Below are positions 63,046-64,000 of a DNA stretch of 64,000 bases, one piece after another (the first letter of the stretch is position 1; each line of letters opens with the position of its first letter). Position numbers and translations under genes: made by a program. Below the pieces are notes generated by a model. It made no database searches, was not told the DNA's origin, and was given only the letters and a program-made list of their open reading frames with translations. The stretch comes from Thermoflexus sp. (GTDB taxonomy: Bacteria; Chloroflexota; Anaerolineae; Thermoflexales; Thermoflexaceae): assembly GCF_040289485.1 (NCBI RefSeq), contig NZ_PSLG01000004.1:1402-65401 (forward strand), given 5' to 3'.

Positions 63046-64000
63046 TCATTTCGGCGCCAGCATCCGCTCCGCCTCCTCGAGGCGCAGGCTTAAAACCTGC
63101 GAAGCGCCGTCGGCCCGCAGGGTGACCCCATACAGGACATCGGCGGCCTCCACGGTCCCCCGGTTGTGGGTGATCAGGATGAACTGGGTCCGCTCGGAGA
63201 GCCGGCGGATCATCTCCCGGAAGCGTCCGATGTTGGCCTCGTCCAGGGCTGCGTCGGCCTCGTCCAGCACCACGAAAGGGCTGGGGCGCACCTGGAGGAT
63301 GGCGAAGATCAACGCGGTGGCCGTCAGGGCCTTCTCCCCTCCTGAGAGCATCAACAGGTTCTGCGTCCGTTTCCCAGGGACCCGCACGAAGACCTCCACC
63401 CCCGCCTGATCCCACGACGGGGCCTCGGTGAGGGAGAGCCGGGCGTTGCCTCCCCCGAAGAGGGCAGCAAAGGTCTCCTTGAAGGCCCGGCCCACCGCAC
63501 GGAAGGTCTCCACGAAGGCCTGTTCCATCTCCCGATCCAACGTCTCCACGGTCCGCCGCAGGTCCGACGCGGCCGCCTCCAGGTCCGCGACCTGTGCCGT
63601 GAGGAAGGCGTGGCGCTCCTGCAGGGCCGCGTATTCCGCCGCCGCCTCCGGGTGGATCGGTCCGAGCCGCCGCAGCGCCTGCCGGAGGGCAGCCACCTCG
63701 GCCTCCAGCGCCTCCAAAGCGCTCACATCCGCCTCGGGCTCCCCGGCTCCCAAACCTTCCAGGTCCGGTTCCCCCTCCCCCTCCAGCCGCTGCCATTCTT
63801 CTCGCAGCGCTTGCTGAAAGGCCCGCAGCTCTCCCTCCCACCGAACGACCTCCAGCCGGGCCGCGTGGACTTGTTCCTCCAGCCCATGGCCGGCGGCCCG
63901 GAGCGACTCCACGGCCTGCCATTGCTCTTCAAAGGCCATCTCAGCGGCCATCAGCGCGGCGATGGCTGCCCCCCGTTGGGCCTCCAGGGCCTGAAGCCGG
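63046..64000 (-). CDS. smc: Chromosome segregation protein SMC, C-terminal part (start is beyond the window)
   Basis: Coiled coil, then 'LSGGEKALTA.ALIFAI....PSPF.VLDEADAALDEAN', 'QFILITHN'. Confidence 0.97.
   Translation of the reverse strand, partial: RLQALEAQRGAAIAALMAAEMAFEEQWQAVESLRAAGHGLEEQVHAARLEVVRWEGELRAFQQALREEWQRLEGEGEPDLEGLGAGEPEADVSALEALEAEVAALRQALRRLGPIHPEAAAEYAALQERHAFLTAQVADLEAAASDLRRTVETLDREMEQAFVETFRAVGRAFKETFAALFGGGNARLSLTEAPSWDQAGVEVFVRVPGKRTQNLLMLSGGEKALTATALIFAILQVRPSPFVVLDEADAALDEANIGRFREMIRRLSERTQFILITHNRGTVEAADVLYGVTLRADGASQVLSLRLEEAERMLAPK

Overview
High-GC bacterial chromosomal segment. Gene content and protein styles suggest a thermophilic Chloroflexota (Thermoflexus/Anaerolineae-like); this is inference, not a database match. 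No CRISPR array, rRNA, integrase or transposase was seen. The window is mostly bioenergetics and housekeeping genes: lon/hsp20, csaA, a class III aminotransferase, a tRNA nucleotidyltransferase divergent from tRNA-Val(CAC), an S41 protease, a YfhO-like GT-C protein, an Fe-S-rich unit (iscX-nuoB-nuoCD-nuoI-mrp-glcF-radical SAM-PSP1), ALDH, icd, MOSC and rex. A ~33 kb all-minus-strand run (22405-55356) carries the membrane arm of a two-NuoM complex I directly followed by the F0 genes. About 15 kb of intervening genes follow (DUF3782-like, TIGR03662/TIGR03663 GT-C cluster, sucCD, wzt, M42 peptidase, two near-identical Uma2 genes), then the F1 genes and mreB. The right end has a degenerate DUF3524-like glycosyltransferase, an HD protein, mutS, an LTD-PLD protein and the 3' end of smc. 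Most notable: complex I and ATP synthase are both split into membrane and soluble gene blocks; NuoL has a visible 26-aa tandem duplication; IscX is coupled to nuoB; Rex-like operators sit at several of these promoters; the ATP synthase has an extended a, a b-delta fusion and an alpha insertion; the nucleotidyltransferase looks CC-adding; and there are several gene remnants. Many start coordinates were corrected from the ORF track using RBS position and domain boundaries.
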